The position numbers and the translations under genes were made by a program. 64,000 nt of DNA from Macrostomum lignano (Eukaryota), in NCBI GenBank assembly GCA_002269645.1, contig NIVC01000073.1, forward strand, positions 124,001-188,000, read 5' to 3'. Positions 38,680 to 52,133 of this stretch are shown here, piece after piece. Under the pieces are notes generated by a model. That model worked only from the letters and a program-made list of their open reading frames with translations, was not told the DNA's origin and did no database searches. Positions within the stretch are counted from its first letter, which is position 1. Each line of letters opens with the position of its first letter.

Positions 38680-40560
38680 TCTACCCCCCTACTCCATCTC
38701 TCACTCTATCCCTACTCCATCTCTCACTCTACCCCCCTACTCCATCTCTCACTCTGCCCCCCTACTCCATCTCTCACTCTACCCCCCTACTCCATCTCTC
38801 ACTCTGCCCCCCCTACTCCATCTCTCACTCTACCCCCCTACTCCATCTCTCACTCTGCCCCCCTACTCCATCTCTCACTCTACCCCCCTACTCCATCTCT
38901 CACTCTGCCCCCTACTCCATCTCTCACTCTACCCCCTACTCCATCTCTCACTCTGCCCCCTACTCCATCTCTCACTCTGCCCCCTACTCCATCTCTCACT
39001 CTACCCCCCTACTCCATCTCTCACTCTGCCCCCCTACTCCATCTCTCACTCTACCGCCTACTCCTTCTCTCACTCTACCCTCGCTACTCCATCTCTCACT
39101 CTACCCTCTCTACTTCATCTCTCACTCTACCCTCGCTACTCTATCTCTCACTCTACCCCCTACTCTATCTCTCACTCTACCGCCTACTCCTTCTCTCACT
39201 CTACCCCCCTACTCCATCTCTCACTCTACCCCCCTACTCCATCTCTCACTCTACCCCCTACTCCATCTCTCACTCTACCCCCCTACTCCATCTCTCACTC
39301 TACCCCCCCTACTCCATCTCTCACTCTACCCCCCTACTCCATCTCTCACTCTACCCCCTACTCCATCTCTCACTCTATCCCTACTCCATCTCTCACTCTA
39401 CCCCCTACTCCATCTCTCACTCTACCCCCCTACTCCTTCTCTCACTCTACCCCCCTACTCCTTCTCTCACTCTACCCCCCTACTCCTTCTCTCACTCTAC
39501 CCCCTACTCCATCTCTCACTCTACCCCCTACTCCATCTCTCACTCTATCCCTACTCCATCTCTCACTCTACCCCCCTACTCCATCTCTCACTCTACACCC
39601 TACTCCATCTCTCACTCTACCCCCCTACTCCATCTCTCACTCTACCCCCCTACTCCATCTCTCACTCTACCCCCCTACTCCATCTCTCACTCTACCGCCT
39701 ACTCCTTCTCTCACTCTACCCTCGCTACTCCATCTCTCACTCTACCCTCTCTACTTCATCTCTCACTCTACCCTCGCTACTCTATCTCTCACTCTGCCCC
39801 CCTACTCCATCTCTCACTCTACCGCCTACTCCTTCTCTCACTCTACCCTCGCTACTCCATCTCTCACTCTACCCTCTCTACTTCATCTCTCACTCTACCC
39901 TCGCTACTCTATCTCTCACTCTACCCCCTACTCTATCTCTCACTCTACCGCCTACTCCTTCTCTCACTCTACCCCCCTACTCCATCTCTCACTCTACCCC
40001 CCTACTCCATCTCTCACTCTACCCCCCTACTCCATCTTTCACTCTACCCCCCCCTACTCCATCTCTCACTCTACCCCCTACTCCATCTCTCACTCTGCCC
40101 CCTACTCCATCTCTCACTCTACCCCCTACTCCATCTCTCACTCTGCCCCCTACTCCATCTCTCACTCTACCCCCCTACTCCATCTCTCACTCTGCCCCCC
40201 TACTCCATCTCTCACTCTGCCCCCTACTCCATCTCTCACTCTACCCCCTACTCCATCTCTCACTCTGCCCCCCTACTCCATCTCTCACTCTACCCCCCTA
40301 CTCCATCTCTCACTCTGCCCCCCTACTCCTTCTCTCACTCTACCCTCTCTACTCCATCTCTCACTCTACCTCTCTCTACTCCATCTCTCACTCTGCCCCC
40401 CTACTCCATCTCTCACTCTACCGCCTACTCCTTCTCTCACTCTACCCTCGCTACTCCATCTCTCACTCTACCTCTCTCTACTCCATCTCTTACTCTATCC
40501 TCTCAAACACTCCACCTCTCACCCTACCCTCTATATCGCTCCATCTCACACTCCACACTA
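38680..40560. repeat. ~24-26-bp pyrimidine-rich minisatellite (actccatctctcactctaccccct)
   Basis: C-run length varies; recurrent multi-unit variant blocks. Confidence 0.94.
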
Positions 40561-41004
40561 TCACTCCATCTCCGCTCGATCTCCATTTCTCACGTGTCCG
40601 CTTCTCTGAAACCTTTTTTTTACTGACAGCCTCTTTTGACGCGAGTCACTCGCTCTAAGAGACCTGTACTTATCGCATTCATCCACAGCATGCATTTATC
40701 CTTTCCTTAATCACCCTCTGTACTCGCATTTCTACAGAAGATCCTCTCTAGCCAAATCCGCCACCAGGGTTACGCAGCGCTTATTTAGAAGTGTCAAACA
40801 AGACAGTCAGCTGAGATCTTGAGTGCGCTTTGCCCCCCCCCGTCGTAGGCAGAATAAGAGGGAAGGAATTTTGTGAACTCTTGCAGCTGTCGCTCATCGG
40901 GTAAACTGTCTGTGAGCCAAATCGATTGAATACAGGCCTTGCTTGACAGTTTTTTCCCTTGCTTTGGGACGATTCAGGTCTGGATTCTGTCTGTAGTGCC
41001 TTCG

Positions 41005-41330
<326 letters not shown>

Positions 41331-42139
41331 GCTACTTACCGGTAGGCCAAGCATCAGAGGGAGAAGTTAGGGGTTGGGTTAAGCCATGGCTTAAGGGGAG
41401 TTGCTGAGATGCCAATGCTCAAATGAGATGCTGCATATCTTAAAGCTGGCTGTTTTACTTGTTTACTTAAACTATCATAATCTTGGAACTAACAATAGCG
41501 ACTATATACAAGGTCTGCTGTTTTTGTTGTCTTCCCATTTTGGAGGCAAAAACTGCCAGTCTATTTAGCTACAAACTATCGCGAAAATTGCACACAAAAC
41601 CCACTTTCGTTTTGATCTGCTGCGCAATGTCCAAAGCGCTCTACTGCAAGTAGCTGGGGTCAAATAATTAAGCAATTTTTTAAAAAAACGTTGATTGCTA
41701 TCTCAGCTAAAAATATTAAAATATGATTGTTGAATTTCTCTCCTTATTCAAGCGCGACAATTCAATTTGATTAAAAAATGTCATCCTTGAAAGAGACGCA
41801 ATTTCCCCGTTTTTCGGATATCTCCTCATCGTATTTTTTTGAAAGGCCGATCGAAACATGAAGTACAGTTTGTTTTTGAAAGTTGCTAACGACCATTTTG
41901 CGAATTTTGGCATTGGCAAAAAAGAAAAAGAGAGATCTTATTGATTTTTATACTCTAATGACTTTAAATGAGTCATTGTTGATGAAGGAATTTAGTTAGC
42001 TGATACAATTTGACATGCTTTATGCTATGAAAAATACTAGAGCGAAGAACGCTTGCTATTACAATGTACTCTCGTAAATAGCATCGTGTAAACTTTTTAG
42101 ACAATAATTTTGATGTCAGCTGTTCAAGTTGCTTCATTT

Positions 42140-42508
42140 GGGGCTTTAGCACCGGGGGCTTTAGCACCGGGGGCTTTAGCACCGGGGGCTTTAGCACCGG
42201 GGGCTTTAGCACCGGGGGCTTTAGCACCGGGGGCTTTAGCACCGGGGGCTTTAGCACCGGGGGCTTTAGCACCGGGGGCTTTAGCACCGGGGCTTTAGCA
42301 CCGGGGGCTTTAGCACCGGGGGCTTTAGCACCGGGGGCTTTAGCACCGGGGTTTTAGCACCGGGGGCTTTAGCACCGGGGGCTTTAGCACCGGGGGCTTT
42401 AGCACCGGGGGCTTTAGCACCGGGGGCTTTAGCACCGGGAGCTTTAGCACCGGGGGCTTTAGCACCAAGGGCTTTAGCACGGGGGCGCCAGCACCGGGGG
42501 CGCCAGCA
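42140..42508 (-). repeat. 15-bp array (ggggctttagcaccg), inverted relative to 43165-43570
   Basis: Reverse complement of the ccccggtgctaaagc units. Confidence 0.95.
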
Positions 42509-43136
42509 CAGAAGGCACCACAGCCGCAATGAAGGTGCCCATTGTTCTTGTGTTTGGGGGGGGGGGGCGCAGCTCCCTTGCCTACGTGTGCGCCACAGAG
42601 ATGTATTGAGTGGTCTAAAATCCAACCCAGGCCTCACACATAGGCACTATGAGGCCGAATGAATGAATGACTGAGGTTATTTTATCAAGACCTGCAGCTC
42701 ACAGCGGAAGGCTGACCAATTGGGTAGAGTTATTACATAACACTTGGAGCAATTTTGATAGCGGTGGTCGAAGGCGCGATTTTGAATGGCCTTCCTGGGG
42801 TGGCTCTCTAAACTGACTCATATTGTCGTCGGTGGATGGCAACATGAGCACATAGCTCAGAGCTCAATTCTCTCGGGGTCGATTGCTAGCACTTAGTGTT
42901 GCCTAACTATACCCTCTGAATTCATCTTTCCTCACCTTCTTCATTGCCAATTCTCTAAAGTTAAAGCTTAACACGTTATCGGAAAGAAACGATGCATCGC
43001 CCTGCAGCATAGTGACAGCACAATGCATCACAAGTTTATTCAAGAAAATCGTGCTTCTCATGGGAAAGCCGCGGTTCCGGTTTCTAGCTTGAAATATCGA
43101 ATTGTGCTGGAAAATGTGAGAGAACTTAATGAAACT

Positions 43137-43579
43137 CAGGGGCGTGTCCAGGGTGAGTCAGCAGCTAAAGCCCCGGTGCTGGCGCCCCCGGTGCTGGCGC
43201 CCCCGGTGCTGGCGCCCCCGGTGCTGGCGCCCCCGGTGCTGGCGCCCCCGGTGCTGGCGCCCCCGGTGCTGGCGCCCCCGGTGCTGGCGCCCCCGGTGCT
43301 GGCGCCCCCGGTGCTAAAGCCCCCGGTGCTAAAGCCCCCGGTGCTAAAGCCCCCGGTGCTAAAGCCCCCGGTGCTAAAGCCCCCGGTGCTAAAGCCCCCG
43401 GTGCTAAAGCCCCCGGTGCTAAAGCCCCGGTGCTAAAGCCCCCGGTGCTAAAGCCCCCGGTGCTAAAGCCCCCGGTGCTAAAGCCCCCGGTGCTAAAGCC
43501 CCCGGTGCTAAAGCCCCCGGTGCTAAAGCCCCCGGTGCTAAAGCCCCCGGTGCTAAAGCCCCCGGTGCTAGTGCCTCTG
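43137..43579 (+). mobile_element. Probable MITE carrying a 15-bp array (ccccggtgctggcgc then ccccggtgctaaagc)
   Basis: Starts CAGGGGCGTGTCCAG and ends ...gtgcctCTG, so the right TIR is degenerate. The array at 43165-43570 is certain; the MITE call is inferred from similarity to the TIRs at 58259 and 61499. Confidence 0.5.
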
Positions 43580-44034
43580 ACAAACCTTATATAAAGAATA
43601 TATAAAGAAACTTAAGATAAGAATTCCTTTAGTTTTGTACTAGTAGTACGGAAGTATTTTCCGAAAATTTAGTCCAGAAACTTGCTAACTAAGGAAGAGA
43701 AACTTATTAATTTAATGCTAAGAGACTCATACAACACGGTTATTCGTGTAATTGTAAATTTAAAAGATGCACCTAAATTCTGTAACTTTTATGTCACTCG
43801 ACCTTGGCTCACGTCGGTGAAGAGTTAGAAAACTGCAACATGGCTTAGACTGCTTAGAAATTAAAAAGTAAAAAATTAAGCCTAGTTCGATTCTAGCCAG
43901 TTTGTTGTTACATGCAAAGCTAAGTACGTAAGCACTGACGCTATTGGGATAGCTCTATCAATAGAGATCACAGCAAAAATCAATTCTAGCTCAACATATC
44001 CTATCTATAAGACAATGCTGGTCAAACTACCAAG

Positions 44035-46356
44035 CTACCAGAAGACGCACTTCCGCTTGGGATTCATTCGCGAACCGACTGGACAGCCGAAAGCGCCAGC
44101 AAAGTTCGGCGAATGCCTCATCATGCCCAACACTCGACGTCGATTCGAACTGTGCGTGGCGAACGATTGACCGAAGAGCATCTTGATGGCCCGGCTGTCG
44201 GCCTTGGCGCACCAGGACTGCGCGAGCTGCACGAAGAACAGCTGCTCGTTGCTAAGGCTGGCAACGATTCCTGGCAGAGAAGGCACCGATTCGAAATCTC
44301 CTCCGGTGGCCAGAAGCAATCCGCGGTAGGCTGCGGACACGCCGATAATGTCCGAAATGTCATTGCTGAGGCTACCCAGGCCGCCGGAATACGAGTCTGG
44401 CAGTGTCAGATAGTCTTCAAAGGCGCATTTCATCCGTTTAAGATAGCCGGTTTCGGTGGCCGAGTCCCAGGTGTGGCCGGAGGCGCCGTCCTTGCTCAGC
44501 GTGTGTCCGTAAGCGTCAAATGCGTGACCGATCTCGTGGCCGGCGATGAAGCCGAGCCCCGCCAAGTTGGCGTACACCGGGTAGCCTGGATGGTACATCG
44601 GCGGCTGCAGCAGGGCCAGCGGGAAGATGACACGATTCTCGCGGAAGTAGTTATAAGCGTTCACCACTAGGGTGTTGAGCGTGGCGAAGACCGGGGCAGT
44701 GAAGTTCGGCGTCAAGGCTTGCAGAGCCCGAGACTGATAGGAGCAGAGGGCGGCGAAGTAGAGTTTCGCGAAGTCGTTAGAGTCAGCTGGTGAAGCTGCG
44801 TGCTTAGCGATGCAGGGATAGTGCATGCGTTTCACTTCTTCAGGTGAAAGCTCGTCGAAGCCAATTGCTTGTCGCACGGCCAGAATTTTCTCGGCCACCT
44901 GAAGACGACTCTGCAGCGAAATCCAACTACCCGAGGTCTGAGCGGCGCCAGCGGAGGCTGATTTCACCCAGCCAACCAGTCTGTGTACGTGAGAAAAATC
45001 GACAGGCAGGTAAGCCAGCCGGTACATTCGCTCCACTACGGGCTGCAGAAGTTGCCGGCTCAACCGGAGGCACTCGCGAGCTATCGCTGCCCCAACTGGA
45101 ATTCGTGAAATCAATCGGTCGTCCTCGGCTATGCCCACGACAACCGCGCCGCCGCCTTCTTCTTCCTCATCGGGTTTTGCTAACATTGCTGACAGCTCGA
45201 ACGGCAAGAAAACTCGAAATTTGACGAGCCAATCAAGCACTAGAAGTGCCTGAATGAATGGACGGCGTTCTCTGTTGATTCGAGCGTCTTCCAAAGCTTC
45301 GAGGAGCGTACGCGTCTGTTGAACATTATCCACTACAATGATTGCGTCGTAGTCTAAGCTTGCACCGCTGAGCGACATCAGCTCATCAAAAAAGACTTCC
45401 CAATCGAAACTTCCAATCGAGGTGTCATCCTTGAGCTCACCAATCCGTCTAGTAATGGACTTTTCCGAGTCACTTCTGTTTACCAAACCAGTTCCGAACA
45501 ATGCAGACGCGATTGAAGACAGTTGTCCAACCGTTTGGTTAGGTTGGAGTGCATCGCTAATGGGCGGGCTCAGTCGCTGGATTAGGTGAGCGAGATGGTC
45601 CAGAGCGCTCGAGTGAACTCGGCTCCAAATGAGTGTTTCGCTAAGATTGACAATCAGGTGAGCCCGGGTCAAGTCTCTCAGAGGCGAGTTAGGCTGGTGT
45701 TCTTTCAACATACTTTCAACCAATCGATCGGAGATGCTCACGCGAAAGATACCTCCGACGCCTGTGCTGGCGATTCGAGCAAGCAACCGTTCGGGCCAAA
45801 ATTTCGTGTCACTGCTGACACCCGACAAAAGTCTCTCCAGTAAGGAGCTTGCGAATGATACGGACAATGACTTTGAGCCCTTTGTCCCTAGATCCACTTT
45901 CTGCCACCAGGACTGACATTCCTGGTAATAAGACTGGGCAAAACTATGCACCGCCTTCAACTTTGAATCGCCTGTAGTTCCATTAAGCTTCGGTATGGTC
46001 AATACTTCGTGCAAGCGGTCCAATACTTCGTAGCGCATAGCCGTCATTGTCTCGACATAGTTGACACCCTGCAGGTTGACTCCGTCCTCCTGAAACTTGT
46101 AGTGCACGTGCTGACCAAAATTACCGCAGGCGTATTCATAGAAATCGTCACATGGATCGACTGACAGATTGATGCTCTTCGACATTGAAGCGCCGAGAGC
46201 TACGCATTCAGGCGTCTGGCAGGTCTGTCTGACTTTTGACAACCCGTTGCAGCGCTGAACAATAACGCCGAGGTACACAGCGGCAGATAAGCAGATTAAT
46301 AGGAGAATAAAAATTGCTAGAAGAGCAGCTCTGTATGTCTTCGCCGAGAACGCCAT
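44035..46356 (-). CDS. Neprilysin/endothelin-converting-enzyme-like M13 metallopeptidase, type II membrane protein
   Basis: N-terminal TM; Cys cluster (CQTPECV...VDPCDDFYEYACG); VVNAY; HEIGH zinc motif; C-terminal HS..RV.G...F..AF.C..GS.MNP..KC.W. First ATG at 46356 (the ORF track starts at GTG 46371); an upstream exon is not excluded. Confidence 0.93.
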   Translation of the reverse strand: MAFSAKTYRAALLAIFILLLICLSAAVYLGVIVQRCNGLSKVRQTCQTPECVALGASMSKSINLSVDPCDDFYEYACGNFGQHVHYKFQEDGVNLQGVNYVETMTAMRYEVLDRLHEVLTIPKLNGTTGDSKLKAVHSFAQSYYQECQSWWQKVDLGTKGSKSLSVSFASSLLERLLSGVSSDTKFWPERLLARIASTGVGGIFRVSISDRLVESMLKEHQPNSPLRDLTRAHLIVNLSETLIWSRVHSSALDHLAHLIQRLSPPISDALQPNQTVGQLSSIASALFGTGLVNRSDSEKSITRRIGELKDDTSIGSFDWEVFFDELMSLSGASLDYDAIIVVDNVQQTRTLLEALEDARINRERRPFIQALLVLDWLVKFRVFLPFELSAMLAKPDEEEEGGGAVVVGIAEDDRLISRIPVGAAIARECLRLSRQLLQPVVERMYRLAYLPVDFSHVHRLVGWVKSASAGAAQTSGSWISLQSRLQVAEKILAVRQAIGFDELSPEEVKRMHYPCIAKHAASPADSNDFAKLYFAALCSYQSRALQALTPNFTAPVFATLNTLVVNAYNYFRENRVIFPLALLQPPMYHPGYPVYANLAGLGFIAGHEIGHAFDAYGHTLSKDGASGHTWDSATETGYLKRMKCAFEDYLTLPDSYSGGLGSLSNDISDIIGVSAAYRGLLLATGGDFESVPSLPGIVASLSNEQLFFVQLAQSWCAKADSRAIKMLFGQSFATHSSNRRRVLGMMRHSPNFAGAFGCPVGSRMNPKRKCVFW

Positions 46357-49300
46357 GCAATCAATTGGCACTTTTACTATTCAGGTATAGACAGCTGCTT
46401 GGGCTTGTTTTACCACCAGTCAAAGTAGCTAATGAGAAAAGCTGATGGTCAGTTGCACCGAAACCCAACGCTTTAGGGCCTGGACGGAATCGCAGGCCAT
46501 GGCGGCATCGAGTTAGGTAAAGTCTTACCGTTGCCCCCGCGTACGATGCCGTGCAGTTCTATGCAGGCAACAACAAGCTTTCGGGATGGCCACAACAGCA
46601 GCCGTTCTTTGAACGCCAAAACCAACCCACCCTGCACTACCCGCCGAGGAGATCCGAGGATGTAACTTCTTCCCAACTGGCTGCTGGCTCTCCAATAGCC
46701 ATCGCCATCGACTAACTATACAAGCTTGTGGCTAAGTCAGAAGTTATCGAAGCGTTTTGATAGCCAGCGAGTGCCAGCACATGCACATGTACAGATCCTG
46801 TATGATAAATGTGAATGAGGTCTGAAAGCCGAAAATAATGCATTCCTGTTATCATTCATTGTTATAGTACAAAAGTCCCCTAAAAGTGGCGTTTAAACAA
46901 TCAGCCCCAATGATCCCGACTTAAATCAAAATGCAATGTTCTAGAACAAATCATCAGTTCGAAAAAATAGCTGAAATTTTGGATCGATCGATTAGCAAAA
47001 AAATTCTAGAAGCAAAGAACCACACCACGCGTAGAAAATTTGTTTTCCCATCAAATTTGCTCTTACTAAAAGGGACCTTCACAGGGCTGCACCTTCTTAA
47101 CAAGACTTAAAGAGGGGCATTTAGGCATGGCTTTCAATTTGATAATGGAATGCTTTTAGTTAGTATAGCTTTTGAGGCACAGGACGGACCAATTCTTTGT
47201 CTTGGAGAGCAGGTCGTGCTGCTGATCCAAAGCCCCTAGCGGAATGACTGATGTCTCCTGGGAAATTCTCGGCTGGGGATGACGTCTCAGCTGAGGGAAG
47301 CGACTATCTCCGGAGAAGGAATGCAGGATTATATTCAAAATCCGACGCCCAGTTGTGTACACAAAGGCGGCACGCTTACGCTGTAAGCAGCTGCATAGAT
47401 GAGGTAACCCGATACAAAAAGGCTGAAAGGGCCGGCCCCCGTGAACGAGAAAAAATTATGCTATATTGCTATCGAATATGACGAACAAAGACCGCAAATT
47501 GTCCCCCAAATCAATCGAAGGGAGTTTTTCATCCCATGCGGGGGAGCGACTGTTTGCAGATGTCTTCCCTGAAAGCTGCCTGTCTGTCTGTCTCCTACCC
47601 GTGCCCCTAATGCCTCGAGACATACATGTAGTCGTCGCTTAGTGGGGTTTTTTCTTGCTTCAGACTGAAGGATTGTTGAGAACGAATGGAGTAGACTATA
47701 AAGGGGAGCTGGTAAAAAAGCTGTGTAATTTGCATCTTTATCCTTCGGGACAACTGCAAACAAGTATGGGCTGTTGCAGCTCAAAATGCTTAGCTGAGCA
47801 GCTCCGACAAAGACAGAGCCATGAAGATCAGCTCAAACTCAAGCCAGTACCCACATAATCTCAGACGGCAGGTCTCATTGCAAGGGTTTTATGTGGGCTG
47901 TATAATTAACATATAAGCTTATGCAGCACTGATCAGAGTGAGTGCACTTACAGTGTAAAATAAAAACCAATTTGAGTAAAAATTCCGCTCAGGGAAGACA
48001 AAGACTTGGGGACAGGAGCCGGGCAAATGCTTATTTTTACGCTCTCTTGCACATTGCAAATCCCCTTTTTAACCCCGCGAATCCCAATCCTAGTGCAAGT
48101 CAAGTGGCGCATATGCAGCAGTTCTTTATTCGTTTAAACCCATAGTCGCTGTGTTAACAGCTGCAGTAGATCATGCCTGCATGATGTCTCTTCTGACTGC
48201 AGGCTGCATCAGCAGCAGGTGGTATCCCCTCTTTATCGCACCTTTCTTTTTCCTTTGCATAAATCGTAGTCCACGCGGTTCAATTCTAAACTTATAAATT
48301 CTTTCACAAATAAAACAAAATCCTGCGCGATTTGAAGCCCCTATATTCTCCATGACTCAGTAAGCTTAGATTGACACTACTCTGTAATAATGTATGATAC
48401 ACCTGCGCAATGTTTGCATGCAGCAATTGAGGGAAGAAATTTGTATAGGAATCTAATATAATAATCCTTCTGCTATGCCTGTGTATAGTAAAAGCCAAAG
48501 TGGAAACGAATTGCTTTTTATGTTGCGTAACAAGGCAAATAGAAATGAAATGGAAGGTTTTAACTATCTAAATATACTAAATACAGGATATTACAGCTGC
48601 TTCGTAACAAATACCAATGATATGGAGAGAAAGACCCGAAGCTAGGGATATTGACTACAGGCTTCGTGCTGGGTTGGTTTGAAGGTGCGCGAGCAAGGTG
48701 GTAGAGGCGCAGATTACCATGCAGGGCATGATAAATTAAAGGCATAATTTTATAATTTCATGCGCGAGAAACGGTGGCTCTATAACTCGTATAGCTTTTC
48801 TTTTGCTTTGGGAAAACTTTTAAGGCAGCTTAATACTCACCAAATTTTGTAATGAGTTGCATTTATTACGTAATCAGTAGCGGTCATTTCGGGCTGCACT
48901 GTGATGACACGAATACGAGTATATAAAGGTGATGAATAGCTTGCACGGAAGGACGAGAAGCTAGAAATATAGTCATAGCTTGCCACTCTCAATATTGAGT
49001 GAAGAGAGCAGAGAGATGAGAGATAACAAATTAGAGGGGAGAGAGATAAGAGATTAGAGATGAGAGATGAGAGGGGGGAGAAGAGAACTGGAGGATACAA
49101 AAATAAAGCAAAATATTACAGATGGCTAATGCAGAAATGCTGACATCTAAATGCAAGACAACAGTACCAGAACAAAGACCGCTAGTCTTGAATGAGTGAG
49201 AGCTGTAGACTAAAAATACTAATAGCTAGTTATGAAAAAAAGCGTCCCATTTCGAGACCCACAAATATCCGCATGAACGAACTCAAGCTTCAGTTTTTAA

Positions 49301-50706
49301 AAATGTATGAAAAGAAGAAAAAATACAACCAAATTCCAGGTCAAAGCAGAACAAAGACCTACAAAAAACTGGGAAACCGTGACACTATATTCGCTTATTA
49401 AAAACAAAATAGCAGAAAGGAAGGAAATGCACTGCACAAGCTTGTAAAGCTAAGGCTAAACATAAATAAAAGGCTCAAACCCTGACTATTTTCGGATGAA
49501 TGCCTATTGCAATTGCACATGGTTATGGCTTCATTTTAGCCCCTCTCTCTACTGCCTTGTCTTTGTTGATCTCATTTATTCGAGGTCGCACCCCCTGTCT
49601 ATAGAGGGAAGGGGTGGGGGTCAAAGCTCTCCGCCTCACATCCATCTTCTTCTACTAGGGGGCTTGATTGATTCAGATGTTGAGCAGGAATGAAGAAACA
49701 TCGTGAACGAACGAACAGGCAAGAAAGACCCCCCCCCCAAAATCCCATAATTAATATAACTAAGGAGGGGTCCGCCCGGCCCGGTGATGGAAACGAATGA
49801 GCGGTCTAGCAAAACGTCAAGCATGCCTCCTGTCGCCTGTCTGCTTTTTAGTTTTCCAGCTTTTCAGCGTTTTTGCAGGATTACAAAGACTTCGCTTTTT
49901 TCGTTCTCGGCTTCTCGCTCATAAAATATTCAGAATCCTTCCACTCCCTCGGGGCGGCCCGGGGCAATATCTTATCGTTTCTGTATCATTTGGGCTATAA
50001 AAATCCGCCGGCAGTCCCCCATTCCCGTGGAAATTTTCTCCGGGCGGGGGGGAGATAAACGTCTGCGATCTGAATGAGGAACAAGGACTGACTGACGCCC
50101 CAATACTTTTGCCTCGGGCTGCGTGAAATCTCCGATAGATTGCAGCTACGACCTAGAGATGATAGGCTTTAAAAACTATTCTCCCAGCCGATTAGAAGAA
50201 TCGCGTCAAACTCAAACCCCACATTGGCTTTCTCCCTTTAACCATGGGGGCGGGGGACATCTGCGAACAGAACAGCACAATATACACGGAGCAGCTGTAT
50301 AAGACAGCAGATTGGTTGCTTATTTGGCCTGTTGTGTTGGGGTTATAATAGTAGGGTTTATAATTACGGGTGACGCGAACTGGTCTGGGGTGGTGGGGGT
50401 GGCTTGAGGGATAAGGGGGACCCTAGTATCGCTTTCCTATTGGCTGTCGCGTTTCACACTGAACTGAGGAGGTTCCAGTCCATCCAGTCCCCTGAATGTA
50501 CATTGGATGTTCACAAGACCCAACCCCCTTGACAAAGTCCCCCCGCCCCGATTCCCTAATAAGATATAGCGAAAGGAAGGGACAGTTGAAATCGGGACAC
50601 ACTATATATATCGATAACAAGACGAGAAAGGCGACCGGGCTAGCTTATTGATTGATTATTTGAGTGAAGAAGACCTCTGAGAATTTCTGCCCTGTTAGCT
50701 AGAGAA

Positions 50707-51148
50707 ATGCTAACTCGTCGAGAATATCTGCTCTATCCGACCTCGATGCAGAGCCTTGTCTCCTCCTCTGGTGGTGGCGGTGGCGGAGGCGGCGCCTCAA
50801 ATCCGGGCCTTCGTATCGCGGAATCGCCGCGTCACGGACGCGAACAAGATACGGAAGAATTTGAGAATGACTCGGTATATTGCGATTTGACCAGGCCGAC
50901 TAACCCTGCTGCTAGTGCTAGCGCTACTACTAATACTAGTAATTGGAATCAGCAGCAGCCTGCTTCTAGTAGAAGACAGGGCCCATCCACACCAGTGTCA
51001 GCAACAAAGAGCATTAGCTGCCTTCGTTTAGGCCTGTTCGCTGCATTTGTACTAATTCTCCTAGGCGTTATTGTCACGTCTACTTACGCTATTAATACGC
51101 GCCTGTCGCAAGTACCGCAACTGTTGTACGCCGGTCTGGGACTGTGCT
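50707..51148 (+). CDS. Two-TM protein with cytoplasmic PPxY motifs, exon 1
   Basis: Low-complexity N-terminus, TM1 LGLFAAFVLILLGVIV, start of TM2; donor T|GTAAGT at 51149, phase 1. Confidence 0.75.
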
Positions 51149-52133
51149 GTAAGTTGACTGTATCTGTCTAATGTTGATGATGCTTGTTTTGGGAAATTCG
51201 CTAGAAAGCCAAGAACTTAGGTTAGGCCTTTTTTCAATGCAATCTTCCACAACTGTCTGTCTCTGACTCATTTCCCATCGCTTTCTATCTAACTCGAATG
51301 AATTACTGCGCAGGACTCTTTTTAATTTTGTTTATCTGATCTACACTACAAAGTTAATGGGATTGCCGATTTCGGGGGGAAAAGCTGCGAGGTCAACCAG
51401 TGCACAATATAATGGAATCCGAATTGAATCTCCAGGGCGATTCTACAGCAAATCCAATCTGAATATTTAACTTATTTATTGGTGCCCAATATCCAATATG
51501 GGTTTGTGCGCATAGTAACCCACTGCCACTAACAACTAAAGACGCTAAGTTGCCAAAGGGAAGACTGTGTGGGCAAACACCGTTATTTACATTAAAAGCC
51601 TGATTTGCGCTGCCCCCTCTCTGTCTATCTACAAGAGTAATCAATTTTCCCGTGCTGCTCCCTTCCCAAAGCTTTTCGCGTCGGTGTTTTAACGATGATT
51701 ACGCAATCGGTTCGGTCGGTTCCGCTTTTTGCGGATTCGGATATTTCTACTGTAATCAATTCTTCTTTTATCTAAACTCTTGCCGGCAGTGAATCACTGA
51801 ACTGCAGATTTCTGTGATAGTAAATTTAGTAAGGTCGTGTCTTATCTATTCGATTGTAACTGCTAGTTTAGAATGCCATCTGTTGCTGCTGTGTATAATA
51901 TAGCTACTGATATCTAGATTAGCTATTTGTCTGCATATTACGTACGTAGGTAGGCTTAAAAAGGATTTGTTTAATTATTGTGCGCGGTTTTAACCTGACT
52001 GAACTGAAGAGACCCCTGAGATATGGAGTTCATCTTGATGCCCGTTCCGCTATGGTCTGTATATTTTTGGCTTAATACATCATAACAGAGAATGAGAAAC
52101 AGAGAACAGAGAAACCCCTCCTGGCAGGTATCA

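Noticed and set aside
46520-46720. Upstream coding exon of the neprilysin (minus-strand donor CAACG|GTAAGA near 46530)
   Set aside because: The phase-compatible frame has no in-frame ATG; it may be a UTR exon, but this cannot be supported without transcripts.
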